Assembly (NCBI GenBank): GCA_964629305.1
Contig: CAZVQL010000001.1
Location: forward strand, 1-62,330
From: an uncultured Roseicyclus sp.
Lineage (GTDB): Bacteria > Pseudomonadota > Alphaproteobacteria > Rhodobacterales > Rhodobacteraceae
Length of the DNA stretch: 62,330 nucleotides
Direction: 5' to 3'
Part shown: positions 8,454 through 18,044 of the stretch, piece by piece
How positions within the stretch are numbered: position 1 is the first letter of the stretch
Layout: each line of letters starts with the position of its first letter
The notes under the pieces: model-generated
Databases searched by the model: none
Told to the model about the DNA's origin: nothing
The model's input: the letters and a program-made list of their open reading frames with translations, nothing else
Program-made: the position numbers and the translations under genes

Positions 8454-10060
8454 CCACCGGGGCGGACATCATCGGCGAGGCGCTTGCGCGCGCGGGCGCG
8501 ACCCATGCTTTCGGCATACCGGGCGGCGAGGTGCTGGCGCTGATGCAGGGGCTCGATGGCGCGGGCATCGACTTTGTCCTCGTCAAGCACGAGAACGGCG
8601 GCGGCTTCATGGCCGAGGGGCTGTGGCACATGACCGGTGCGCTGCCGGTCCTGGTGGCGACGCTGGGTCCCGGCGTGGCGAATGCGGTCAACGTGGTGGC
8701 GAACGCCATGCAGGACCGCGTGCCGCTGATCTTCCTGACCGGCTGCGTCGATGCCGACCTGGCCGAAAGCTATACCCACCAGGTCTTCGACCATCAGGCG
8801 ATGCTGCGCCCCATCGTCAAGGGCAGCTTCCGGCTGGCCGCCGACGCGATCGGCACCGGCATGGCCAAGGCCATCGCGCTGGCAACCTCGGGCCAGCCTG
8901 GCCCGGTGCATGTCGATGTGCCAATCGGCGTGGCCGAGGCGCTGACGCGCGAAGCCGCCTCGCCTCTGCCGCAGGTCTTTGCCCCGGGCTTGCCGCCGAC
9001 ACGCGCGGTCGATGCTGCACTTGCGGCGCTGACACAGGCAAAACGCCCCATCGCCATCGCGGGCGTGGATGCGGTGAATGAGGGTGCGGGCGCGGCTGTC
9101 GCGGCCTACTGCCGCCGCCATGCCATACCGCTGATCACCACCTACAAGGGCAAGGGCCTGATGGACGAGGGCGATCCGCTTTGCCTTGGCGGGGCCGGGC
9201 TGTCGCCCAGGGCCGACCGTATCCTGATGCCGCTCATGGCAGAGGCGGATTGCATCCTTCTGCTGGGCTATGATCCGATCGAGATGCGCGTGGGCTGGCG
9301 CAATCCCTGGACCGCGGGCCAGACGGTGATCGAGATCGCCCCGGTCCCTCGCGACCACGGGATGCACCAGGCCGATCACCTGCTTCTGGGTGGGCTGGCC
9401 GAAACCCTCCTTGCCCTCTCTCACGAGGCGCCCGCGCGCTGGGCGGATGGCGCGCCCGCCACGGCCCGCGCCGCGCTGGCCGATGCCTATGCCGTGCCCG
9501 ACCATTGGGGCCCGCATCAGGTCTTTGCCACGCTGCGCAAGGTCATGCCGCCCGAGACCATCGCCACCGCCGACAGTGGCGCGCACCGTATCCTCTTCAG
9601 CCAGATGTGGCCCTGTCCCGACCCGCGGGGGATGCTGCAATCCTCGGGCCTCTGTACCATGGCCTGCGCCGTGCCGCTGGCGGCCGGTGCCAAGCTTGGG
9701 CGCCCCGACGCGCCGGTTCTGGCCGTCGTGGGCGACGCCGGGCTCGAGATGGGGGCGGGCGAGCTTGCGACGCTTGCGGCGCAGGGCCTGCCCATCGTGA
9801 TCTGCGTGCTGGTCGACGACAGCCTGGCGCTGATCGAGCTGAAACAGCGGTCCACGCAGCGCCCCAACCTGGGTGTCGATTTCGGCGGGCCGGACATGGG
9901 CACAGATTTCGCCGCGCTGGCGCAGGCGTTCGGTGGTCATGGTGTCGAGGTCGCGGACGCCGATACCCTCGCCCGCGAGGCCGCGGCTGCGCTGAGCCGC
10001 GACCGGTTCACCCTGATCGCCGCCCGCATTCCGCGGCGCGCTTATGACGGCGCGTTCTGA
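8450..10060 (+). CDS. Thiamine diphosphate-dependent enzyme (acetolactate synthase-like family)
   Basis: FGIPGGE, HENGGGFMA, TLGPGVAN, GPVHVDVP and a GDA...DD ThDP/Mg motif. ATGA overlap with the CoA-transferase. Confidence 0.85.
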   Translation: MTTGADIIGEALARAGATHAFGIPGGEVLALMQGLDGAGIDFVLVKHENGGGFMAEGLWHMTGALPVLVATLGPGVANAVNVVANAMQDRVPLIFLTGCVDADLAESYTHQVFDHQAMLRPIVKGSFRLAADAIGTGMAKAIALATSGQPGPVHVDVPIGVAEALTREAASPLPQVFAPGLPPTRAVDAALAALTQAKRPIAIAGVDAVNEGAGAAVAAYCRRHAIPLITTYKGKGLMDEGDPLCLGGAGLSPRADRILMPLMAEADCILLLGYDPIEMRVGWRNPWTAGQTVIEIAPVPRDHGMHQADHLLLGGLAETLLALSHEAPARWADGAPATARAALADAYAVPDHWGPHQVFATLRKVMPPETIATADSGAHRILFSQMWPCPDPRGMLQSSGLCTMACAVPLAAGAKLGRPDAPVLAVVGDAGLEMGAGELATLAAQGLPIVICVLVDDSLALIELKQRSTQRPNLGVDFGGPDMGTDFAALAQAFGGHGVEVADADTLAREAAAALSRDRFTLIAARIPRRAYDGAF

Positions 10061-10120
10061 CGCGATGAGGGTGCTTGTCTTCACGTCCGCGTGAAGTCGG
10101 TTTCAGAAACACAAAGCTCC

Positions 10121-10146
10121 GTAACGGACGCGACTTGCCGAGCGAA
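10121..10146 (+). promoter_or_regulatory. Putative SigF/EcfF-type ECF promoter (GTAAC-N17-CGAA) for the TTC38-opg operon
   Basis: GTAAC 10121-10125, 17-nt spacer, CGAA 10143-10146; intergenic, 57 nt before ATG 10204. Followed by CCGG, as at the YHS promoter. Confidence 0.7.
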
Positions 10147-10203
10147 CCGGAAAGGGCGGGCCACAAAGGCCTCCGCGAAACCCGTCGTCCGAAAGGTGAG
10201 CCG

Positions 10204-11541
10204 ATGCCCGTTTCCAATGACCTAAGCGGAATGCCAACCTCGTTGTCCGCCGATCGGATCGAGGGTTGGAACCGGGTCATTCGGGGCATCCTGACCCACG
10301 CCGCCTCGACCGGGCCGGACCTGAATGCAGTTCTCGATGGGGCGCCGGATTTCGCCCTTGGGCAAGCGGTGCGCGGCTTGTCCTGCCTTTTGCTCGCCCG
10401 GGCCGAGATGGTCGCCGTCGCGCGCGAGGCGCATGGCGCCGCCATCACTGGTGCACCGGCGACGATGCGTGAAATCGCATTCGTCCACGCACTCGGCGAT
10501 TGGCTTGACGGTCGCCCCAGTCGGGCAGCGGCGCGGTTGCAGATCGTCCTGAACGAAGATCCGCGCGACGCGCTGGCGATGAAGATGATCCAGGCGATCC
10601 ATTTCGTGATGGGGCGGCCGCAGGCGATGCGGGCCTCGGTCGAAGGTGTCATGGACGCGTGGACGGACCACCCCGCGCGCGGATATCTCATGGGCTGTCA
10701 CGCCTTCACGCTCGAGGAAACGGGCGATTATGCCAAGGCCGAACGGATCGGGCGCGCCGGTGTCGAACTGGCGCCCGACGACGCCTGGGGGCTGCATGCC
10801 GTGGCGCATGTCTACGACATGACCGGCCGCGCGCGCAGCGGGCTCGACTGGCTCTCGGGGCGCGAGGCGTCCTGGGCGCATTGCAACAACTTCCGCTTCC
10901 ACGTCTGGTGGCACTGCGCGCTGATGCACCTCGACTTGGGCGAGCATGACATCGCGCTGGCCTACTACGACGCCGAGATCCGCAGCGAGAAGACGGATGA
11001 CTACCGCGACATCTCCAACGCGGCGTCACTTCTGTCGCGGCTCGAGATCGAGGGCGTGGATATCGGCGACCGCTGGGAAGAACTGGCCGCCATCTCGGAG
11101 GCGCGTAGCGGCGATGGCTGTCTCGCCTTCGCCGACCTGCACTACATGCTGGCGCTCTGTGGCGGGGCCCGCGAAGACGCGGCGGTCAAGATGATCGCCC
11201 GCATGCGGGCCACGCGCCCCTTGCAGGACGAAGCACAGCGCGTTCTCGCGCATCCGGGCCTGCATGTCGCCGAGGGCTTGCATGCCTATGCCTGCGGCGA
11301 ATACTCGAGCGCGTGGGTGCATCTGCGGGCAGGCCGGGCAGACCTGCAGGCTATCGGTGGCAGCCACGCCCAACGGGATGTGTTCGAACGGATCACGATC
11401 GAGGCGGCGCTGCGCAGCGGCTACCTGGAAACCGCCGCCGACCTGGTCCGCGAACGTCAGGCGCGCCGCGGGGGCGCGATGGACGGCTATGCCGAGGCCC
11501 GGCTGGGCTTCATCGAGGAAGCACAAAGGGAAGTCGTCTGA
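10204..11541 (+). CDS. Tetratricopeptide repeat protein 38 (TTC38)-like protein
   Basis: AFTLEETG, DDAWGLHAVAHV, HVWWHCAL, NAASLLSRLE, FADLH and GGSHAQRDVF motifs. No signal peptide. Confidence 0.8.
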   Translation: MPVSNDLSGMPTSLSADRIEGWNRVIRGILTHAASTGPDLNAVLDGAPDFALGQAVRGLSCLLLARAEMVAVAREAHGAAITGAPATMREIAFVHALGDWLDGRPSRAAARLQIVLNEDPRDALAMKMIQAIHFVMGRPQAMRASVEGVMDAWTDHPARGYLMGCHAFTLEETGDYAKAERIGRAGVELAPDDAWGLHAVAHVYDMTGRARSGLDWLSGREASWAHCNNFRFHVWWHCALMHLDLGEHDIALAYYDAEIRSEKTDDYRDISNAASLLSRLEIEGVDIGDRWEELAAISEARSGDGCLAFADLHYMLALCGGAREDAAVKMIARMRATRPLQDEAQRVLAHPGLHVAEGLHAYACGEYSSAWVHLRAGRADLQAIGGSHAQRDVFERITIEAALRSGYLETAADLVRERQARRGGAMDGYAEARLGFIEEAQREVV

Positions 11542-11542
11542 G

Positions 11543-12730
11543 ATGACCGCAACGAAGCGGCCGCGCGACCCGAGGCTGGATTTCTTCAGGGGTCTGGGGA
11601 TGTTCATCATCCTCATCGCGCATATCACCGCCAACCCGTGGACGCTCTGGATCCCGGCGCGCTTCGGCTTTTCCGACGCGACCGAGATGTTCGTCTTCTG
11701 CTCGGGCATGGCCTCGGCCCTTGCCTTCGGGGCGGTCTTCGCGCGGGCTGGCTGGCTGATGGGGGCGTTGCAGATCGCGTTCCGCGTCTGGCAGGTCTAC
11801 TGGGTCCACCTGGGCGTGTTCTTCGTGACACTCTTCCTGATGCTCTGCCTGAACGCGACCGAGATCTTCCCGCGCGACGAGGTGGGGGCGCTGAACCTCT
11901 ACCCGTTCCTGAACAACACCGGCCCGAACCTGATCGGCCTTCTGACGCTGACCTACGTGCCAAACTACTTCGACATTCTCCCGATGTACCTGGTGATCCT
12001 GGCCCTTATCCCGGTCATGATCGCGCTTGCCCAGGTCGACTGCCGGCTGGCTTTCGCGTTCAGCGTGGCGCTCTGGCTCGCGGCGTCCTTCGGCCTGAAC
12101 CTTCCCGCGGAACTGTGGTTTTCCAACGGGTCCGAGCGGACATGGTTCTTCAACCCCTTTGCCTGGCAGCTCGTGTTTTTTACTGGTTTCGCACTGATGG
12201 CGGGTTGGCTGCCCCCGCCACCAGTGCACCGCTGGCTTGTCGTGCTGGCGCTTGTCGTCGTCCTGATCTCGGTGCCCTTCGCGTGGTACAAGATCATCGG
12301 CGCGTCCGAGTTCGTGCGCGAGTGGCGGCGCGAGTGGTCGTTTCTGTTCAACAAGTCCGATTTCGGCATCCTTCGCTATGTTCATTTCCTCGCACTCGCC
12401 TATCTGGCGTGGGTTGCCGCCGGTGAGGGTGGCAAGCGTTTGCAGCGCGGAGGGATTGCTGGTGCGGTCATTTCCACCGTCTCGCAGGTGGGCCAGCAGT
12501 CGCTGGCCGTCTTCGCGGCCTCAATGGTGCTGGCGCGTGTGCTTGGCGCGTTTCTGAACCTGGCCGGTGGGGGCGCCCTGCCTGCTCTGGCCGTGAACCT
12601 TGCGGGCTTTGCCGCGATCATTGCGGTCGCGCGGGCGACGGCGTTCTTCAAGGCCAAACCGTGGAAGCAGGCGGCGGTCGCTGCCCGCCCGGTCGGTGTG
12701 GACGCACCTGCCACCGGGGTCCGCACATGA
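11543..12730 (+). CDS. opgC: OpgC-family periplasmic glucan succinyl/acyltransferase
   Basis: RDPRLDFFRG, GFSDATEMFVFCSG, YFDILPMY, FFNPFAWQLVF, GQQSLAVF; multi-TM. Confidence 0.88.
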   Translation: MTATKRPRDPRLDFFRGLGMFIILIAHITANPWTLWIPARFGFSDATEMFVFCSGMASALAFGAVFARAGWLMGALQIAFRVWQVYWVHLGVFFVTLFLMLCLNATEIFPRDEVGALNLYPFLNNTGPNLIGLLTLTYVPNYFDILPMYLVILALIPVMIALAQVDCRLAFAFSVALWLAASFGLNLPAELWFSNGSERTWFFNPFAWQLVFFTGFALMAGWLPPPPVHRWLVVLALVVVLISVPFAWYKIIGASEFVREWRREWSFLFNKSDFGILRYVHFLALAYLAWVAAGEGGKRLQRGGIAGAVISTVSQVGQQSLAVFAASMVLARVLGAFLNLAGGGALPALAVNLAGFAAIIAVARATAFFKAKPWKQAAVAARPVGVDAPATGVRT

Positions 12731-14265
12731 CGGCCGTCAATCGCCGGGAGGCGCTTTCGATGTTCGGGGCGCTGGCTGCGTTGGGTATGCTGCCTACGCA
12801 GGCTGTGGCACAAGGCTTTCCCGGCGTGACGCTTGGTGAGGGCGTGCCCTTCGACGCCGAAACGGTTCTGGCCCGGGCCCGCGCGCTTGCCGCAGCGCCT
12901 TATGTGCCCCCGCCGGAAATCAGCCCAGAATGGCGAAACCTGAGCTATGACGCCTTTCGCGGCATCTGGTTCGAGACGCGCAACGCGCTTTACCGCGACA
13001 CGGATGGTGCGGTTCACGCCGACCTCTTCATTGCGGGGCTCTATTTCCTCCACAAGATCGAGATCAACGCCGTCGAAGACGACATGGCGCGCCCCGTCGT
13101 CTTCGATCTCGACCTTTTCGCGCGCACCGACCGCTTCCCCGACTTGCCGCCCGAAGGCACCGGTTTTGCCGGATTGCGCCTGAGGGGGCAGTTGGAAACG
13201 CGCGGCATCTTCCAGGAATACGCGGTGTTCCAGGGTGCCAGCTATTTCCGCGCGGTGGGTCGCGATCATGGCTACGGTATCTCGGCGCGCGGCCTTGCCC
13301 TGAACACCGCCGAGCCGGGTGGCGAGGAGTTTCCGATTTTCCGCGAGTTCTGGATTGAGGCTGCGCCCGCCGGAGCATCCACGGTCACGGTTCACGCGCT
13401 CCTGGACAGCCCGTCCGTCGCGGGCGCCTACCGCTTCGTGATCGCCAAGGGCGAGACCACCGAGATGGAGGTGAGCGCCACGCTGTTCCCGCGGGTCGAT
13501 CTTCCCACGGTCGGCATCGCGCCGGGGACGTCGATGTTCCTGTTCAGTGACATCAACCGCACGCAGTTCGACGATTTCCGCGAAGCGGTGCACGACAGCG
13601 ACGGCCTTCTGATGATGAACGGCGCGGGCGAAACGCTGTGGCGTCCCTTGAACAACCCCACCAGCCTGCAGATCAGCGCCTTCGGCGACCGCTCTCCACG
13701 GGGTTTCGGCCTGATGCAGCGCGCGCGCGATCTGCAAAATTACAATGATCTCGAGGCGCGTTATGAACGCCGCCCCTCGCTCTGGGTCGAACCCGAGGGG
13801 GATTGGGGCAGCGGGTCGATCATCCTTGTCGAGATCCCGACCGACAAGGAAATAAACGACAACATCGTCGCCTTCTGGCGCCCGGCCGAGCCCTTGGTCG
13901 CCGGGAGTGAACACCGGATCGACTATCGCCTCTACTGGTGCAGCACGGCCCCTGCCGAGGGTGCGGTCGCGCCCGTGATCGCCACCAGCACTGGTGCCCG
14001 CGTGTTCGAGGAGGGGCGGATCTTCTCGATCGACTTCGGGGCGCATCCCGCTTTGGGGGATGACCCCGATCGCCTCGAGGTACGCACCTCGACCACGGCG
14101 GGTGCGATTTCCGGCACCGTGCTGCAACGCAACCCGGCAACGGGTGGAATGCGTCTCGATGTGACGCTGGTGGGTGACGTGCCCTTCGCCGAGATGCGCG
14201 CCGAGCTTTGGCGTGGTGGGCGGCATGCCGCCGAGGTCTGGGTGAACCGCTGGGTTGCACCATGA
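12727..14265 (+). CDS. opgG: Periplasmic glucan biosynthesis protein OpgD/OpgG (MdoD/G), Tat-exported
   Basis: Twin-arginine leader (NRREALS), FQGASYFRAVG, YGISARGLA, EEFPIFREFW, VHDSDGL, NDNIVAFW. Confidence 0.9.
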   Translation: MTAVNRREALSMFGALAALGMLPTQAVAQGFPGVTLGEGVPFDAETVLARARALAAAPYVPPPEISPEWRNLSYDAFRGIWFETRNALYRDTDGAVHADLFIAGLYFLHKIEINAVEDDMARPVVFDLDLFARTDRFPDLPPEGTGFAGLRLRGQLETRGIFQEYAVFQGASYFRAVGRDHGYGISARGLALNTAEPGGEEFPIFREFWIEAAPAGASTVTVHALLDSPSVAGAYRFVIAKGETTEMEVSATLFPRVDLPTVGIAPGTSMFLFSDINRTQFDDFREAVHDSDGLLMMNGAGETLWRPLNNPTSLQISAFGDRSPRGFGLMQRARDLQNYNDLEARYERRPSLWVEPEGDWGSGSIILVEIPTDKEINDNIVAFWRPAEPLVAGSEHRIDYRLYWCSTAPAEGAVAPVIATSTGARVFEEGRIFSIDFGAHPALGDDPDRLEVRTSTTAGAISGTVLQRNPATGGMRLDVTLVGDVPFAEMRAELWRGGRHAAEVWVNRWVAP

Positions 14266-16022
14266 CACTGACGTTACGCCTGCCCCTGCCGGGCGAAAGC
14301 CCGCCGCGCCCACTTGCGATGCCGGACCAGGACCTGAGCATGCCCTTTGCGGACCCCGCAGCGCCGGGTATGCGAAGCGGCGCGCTGACGCGTACGGTCC
14401 GCGCGCTTGTCCTGACAGCGCCGCTTGGACTCGCCGGCCTGCTTGGCTGGTCCAGTTTCGGCTGGTTCGCCCTGAACGGTCCGCCAGGCCTTGTCGAATG
14501 CCTTCTGATTGGTGTGACGGTCTTCGCCTTCTACTGGGTCGCGCTGTCGTTCTGTTCGGCGCTTCTGGGGCTGTTCTGGCGCCCTTCGCGCGCACCGGCG
14601 GCCTCGGTGAACCTCGATGTCGCCATTCTCCTGCCGATGTATGGCGAGGACCCGGAAGCGACCATCGGCACAGCCACGGCGCTTCTGCAGGGGCTCGCCT
14701 CAGGCGTTCGGCACCGCTTTTCGCTGCATGTCCTGTCGGACACGCGCGACCCGGACGCGGCGCGCGCGGAAGAGGCCGAGGTGCGCGCCCTGCGCCTCCT
14801 TCACCCCGAACTGTCGATCCGGTACCGCCGCAGGGCCGAGAACATCGATTACAAGTCGGGCAACATCCGTGACTGGATCATTGCCGAGGGCGATGCCCAT
14901 GAGGCGATCCTGATCCTCGATGCCGACAGCGTCATGGGACCCGCCACGGTTATGCGAATGGCCGATCTCATGGCGGCGGAGCCGGGCCTTGGCCTTGTCC
15001 AGTCACCGCCGCGCGTTCTGCCGGGTGCAACGTTGTGGCAGCGGCTGCAATCCTTCGCCTCCGAGGTTTACGGGCTGAACCTGACGCGGGGTTTCACGCT
15101 CTGGGCGGGAGAGGATGCCAATTTCCTCGGTCATAACGCGATGCTGCGGACCCGCGCCTTCGCAGCGTGTGCAGGCTTGCCCCACCTGGCTGGCCGCGCG
15201 CCGCGCGGTGGAGTCATCCTCAGCCATGACTTCGTCGAGGCGGCGCTGTTGCGTCGTGCGGGCTGGGGTGTGCGGATGCTGCCAGAGGCCGCCGACAGCT
15301 ACGAGGCGACGCCCGAAACGCTGCCCGGTTACCTGCGCCGCGACCGGCGCTGGTGCCAGGGCAACATGCAGCATCTCCGACTACTGGGCGTTCCGGGGCT
15401 GCATCCGGTTTCCCGCTTTCACCTGCTACAGGGGGCGATGGCCTATCTGGCGTCGGTCTGGTGGATGGCGCTGTTGCTTCTTTGGGCCTTCAGCGGGCCT
15501 GATGGCGCAATGCACGAGTTCTTTACGGGCAACCCGTTGATGCCCGACTGGCCGGATTATCCCGTCCTGTCTCAGACATCGCTGGTTGCACTGGTGTTCC
15601 TGATGCTGCTGGGGCCGAAGCTGGTCGGTGTCGTGGCCCATGTCCGCGACCGGGGCCTGCGCCTGGCGCGCCTGCCGGGCTTCGCCCTGTCGGTCCTTGT
15701 CGAGGTGGCCCTGTCGATCCTGATCGCGCCCGCCCTCATGGTGCACCAGGTTCGTGCGGTCTTGCGGACGCTCGCAGGTTTCGACGGGGGGTGGATGCCG
15801 CATGCGGCCTCTCGGCCGTCGATAAGGACGCTTGCGCGGTTTCACGCGACGGAAACCCTGCTCGGCACCGCGCTGATCGGTCTCGCCGTCATGGGCGAGT
15901 TGACGCTTTGGCTCTTGCCCGTTGCGGTCTGCCTTGTTCTGACGGTGCCACTGTCATGGCTCGTACAAAGGGACGTTGGGGCATCGTGGCTGCTGCGCCC
16001 CTTACCCGAGCCCGCACCGTGA
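14262..16022 (+). CDS. opgH: Glucan biosynthesis glucosyltransferase OpgH (MdoH, GT2), short alphaproteobacterial form
   Basis: LSDTRDP, YRRR..N..YKSGNI, ILDADSVM, GHNAMLR, LSHDFVEAA, RDRRWCQGNMQH. Confidence 0.92.
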   Translation: MTLTLRLPLPGESPPRPLAMPDQDLSMPFADPAAPGMRSGALTRTVRALVLTAPLGLAGLLGWSSFGWFALNGPPGLVECLLIGVTVFAFYWVALSFCSALLGLFWRPSRAPAASVNLDVAILLPMYGEDPEATIGTATALLQGLASGVRHRFSLHVLSDTRDPDAARAEEAEVRALRLLHPELSIRYRRRAENIDYKSGNIRDWIIAEGDAHEAILILDADSVMGPATVMRMADLMAAEPGLGLVQSPPRVLPGATLWQRLQSFASEVYGLNLTRGFTLWAGEDANFLGHNAMLRTRAFAACAGLPHLAGRAPRGGVILSHDFVEAALLRRAGWGVRMLPEAADSYEATPETLPGYLRRDRRWCQGNMQHLRLLGVPGLHPVSRFHLLQGAMAYLASVWWMALLLLWAFSGPDGAMHEFFTGNPLMPDWPDYPVLSQTSLVALVFLMLLGPKLVGVVAHVRDRGLRLARLPGFALSVLVEVALSILIAPALMVHQVRAVLRTLAGFDGGWMPHAASRPSIRTLARFHATETLLGTALIGLAVMGELTLWLLPVAVCLVLTVPLSWLVQRDVGASWLLRPLPEPAP

Positions 16023-16024
16023 CC

Positions 16025-16846
16025 ATGGCCACGCTCTTGCGCGCTGGCGCTCTCGGGCTTCTGTGCTCCAGTGGCGCGGCGATGGCCGCTTGCGGTGACG
16101 ATCCCGGCCCCTGCACGTTGACCGGCGGAACCTATCACGCCGTCCTGCCCGAGGCGGCGGCCCCCGGCCTTCCGGCCGTTGTCTTCCTGCACGGATTCGG
16201 CGGCAGCGGCGAGGGAACCCTACGCAACACAGGCATGGTCGAGGCGCTGACGGCCCGGGGGTACGCCGTGATCGCGCCCGACGGGCAGCCGCGGCCGGGA
16301 CGGCAGGGCTTGAGCTGGGATTTTCACCCCGAGCGCCCCGCACGCCGCGACGAGGGGGAGTTCATTTCCGCCGTGGCCGATGACGCCGCTGCGCGTTTGG
16401 GGCTCGACCGGTCTGAGATGCTGCTGTCGGGCTTTTCAATCGGCGGGTCCATGACAAGCTACATCGCCTGCGCCACGCCTGACGCCTTCACGGCCTATGC
16501 ACCGGTCGCCGGCAGTTTCTGGCGGCCCCATCCCGATGGATGCGCCGGACCTGTCGAGATGTTCCATATCCACGGTTGGCGGGATGGCACCGTGCCGCTG
16601 GAGGGCCGCGTTCTCGGGAACGCGTTCGCGCAAGGCGATGTCTTTGTCGCGATGCAGATCTGGCGGGACGCCAATGGCTGCCGTTTGCAGCCCGATGGCT
16701 ACGCCCGCAACGGTGACACCCTCATCCGAAGCTGGACCATGTGCGACAGTGGTTCACGCCTCGATTTCGCGCTCCATCCGGGCGGGCATTCCGTGCCCAG
16801 CGGCTGGGCCGACATGGCGCTCGACTGGTTCGAGGCGCTGCCCTGA
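16025..16846 (+). CDS. Secreted alpha/beta-hydrolase esterase (LpqC/PHB-depolymerase-like)
   Basis: Signal peptide, FLHGFGG oxyanion loop, GFSIGG nucleophile elbow, HGWRDGTVP (Asp), HPGGH (His). Confidence 0.8.
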   Translation: MATLLRAGALGLLCSSGAAMAACGDDPGPCTLTGGTYHAVLPEAAAPGLPAVVFLHGFGGSGEGTLRNTGMVEALTARGYAVIAPDGQPRPGRQGLSWDFHPERPARRDEGEFISAVADDAAARLGLDRSEMLLSGFSIGGSMTSYIACATPDAFTAYAPVAGSFWRPHPDGCAGPVEMFHIHGWRDGTVPLEGRVLGNAFAQGDVFVAMQIWRDANGCRLQPDGYARNGDTLIRSWTMCDSGSRLDFALHPGGHSVPSGWADMALDWFEALP

Positions 16847-16853
16847 GCGGCAG

Positions 16854-17489
16854 CTACCAGCGCAGCACGCGTGCGCCAATCAGCGTGGCGGCCAGCGTCA
16901 CGCCCGCGATCGCCAAGCCATACCACGTAACGTAGAACAGCGGGCTGTCCTCGGTGCAGTGCAACGCGTAGACCATCGCCGACAGGCCACCGCCGCCAAG
17001 GCCCGCGGCGAGGCCTGCGAGAGCGGGCGATGTCGCTGCCCCACGCCGCAGGCTGGCCAGCATCACCCCCACAGGCAGGATGGACATAAGCGGGATGGTC
17101 ACGAGGCATGTGACCATCGTCTTGCCGACGAGCGCCATCTGGCGACCGCCCGGCGGCGTCGCGATCCAGGCCCATAGGACGGCCGCAGCCGCAGCTGCCG
17201 CGATTGCAAGCAATGGCCATAGGCGGACATGGCTGCGCCCTTCGGGACGGGCCAACCGGAAGGCCATGCCCAGACCTGAGAGGCCAAGCGCGCCCGTCAG
17301 AACGAAACGCAGCGCAGACTCCGGAACGGTCAGAGAGGCCAAGAGATCCTCACGGACGCCGAGGGTCAGCCACAGACCGGCGAATGCCAGCGCCAGGGAG
17401 ACGGGCAGGCCCATGGCCGCAAGCTGGGTAGGCCGGCGTTCCACCTCGGTGTCGGCGGCGAGCGCCCGGATCAGGTCGTCGGTTTTCAT
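16854..17489 (-). CDS. nrsF: NrsF (DUF1109) family membrane anti-sigma factor
   Basis: MKTDDLIRALAAD start, multiple TM helices, two Cys (TCLVTI, YALHCTEDSPLF..WY). ATGA overlap with the sigma gene. Confidence 0.88.
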   Translation of the reverse strand: MKTDDLIRALAADTEVERRPTQLAAMGLPVSLALAFAGLWLTLGVREDLLASLTVPESALRFVLTGALGLSGLGMAFRLARPEGRSHVRLWPLLAIAAAAAAAVLWAWIATPPGGRQMALVGKTMVTCLVTIPLMSILPVGVMLASLRRGAATSPALAGLAAGLGGGGLSAMVYALHCTEDSPLFYVTWYGLAIAGVTLAATLIGARVLRW

Positions 17490-18022
17490 TCGACATGCCT
17501 CTTCCGCAATTGCGCGAGCCGCTTCAGCGCCCGGTGCAGCGCAACGCGCACGGCACCCTCGCTCATGTCGAGGGCGGCCCCCGCCTCGGCGGTGTCGACC
17601 CCGTCACGACCGATCATCCGCACGAGATGTGCCGAGCGATCATCGAGCATGCCGATCATTTTCTCCATGTCTGCAGCCTCCGTCGGGTCGGGGGCATCCT
17701 CGGCGGCGAGATCTTCGATGAAATCCTCGATTGGAAGGTCGATCCTTCGCCCGCGGGCACGGAACGCATCGGCGACCTTGTAGCGTGTGATCGCGTAGAG
17801 CCATGGCCGTACCGGCGTCCCCACCTTCCAGGTGTGGCGCTTGAGATGTACGGCAAGCAGGATTTCCTGAACGACGTCTTCACAGCCAGCTTCCCCCAGG
17901 CCGGTTCCACGTGTCCGCACGATACCGCGGAGAACCGGCGTGATGATGCGCAGGAACTGCTCGTAAGCTCGGGGGTCACCGGCATTCGCTTCCGTCAGAA
18001 GCTTGCCCCAATCGTCCGTCAC
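17486..18022 (-). CDS. ECF RNA polymerase sigma factor, SigF/EcfF type
   Basis: EDVVQEILLAVHLKRHTW, PWLYAITRYK..D..R, SEGAVRVALHRALKRL. GTG start at 18022; directly upstream of nrsF. Confidence 0.88.
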   Translation of the reverse strand: MTDDWGKLLTEANAGDPRAYEQFLRIITPVLRGIVRTRGTGLGEAGCEDVVQEILLAVHLKRHTWKVGTPVRPWLYAITRYKVADAFRARGRRIDLPIEDFIEDLAAEDAPDPTEAADMEKMIGMLDDRSAHLVRMIGRDGVDTAEAGAALDMSEGAVRVALHRALKRLAQLRKRHVE

Positions 18023-18044
18023 TCGTGCATTCCCTGCTTGGCTA

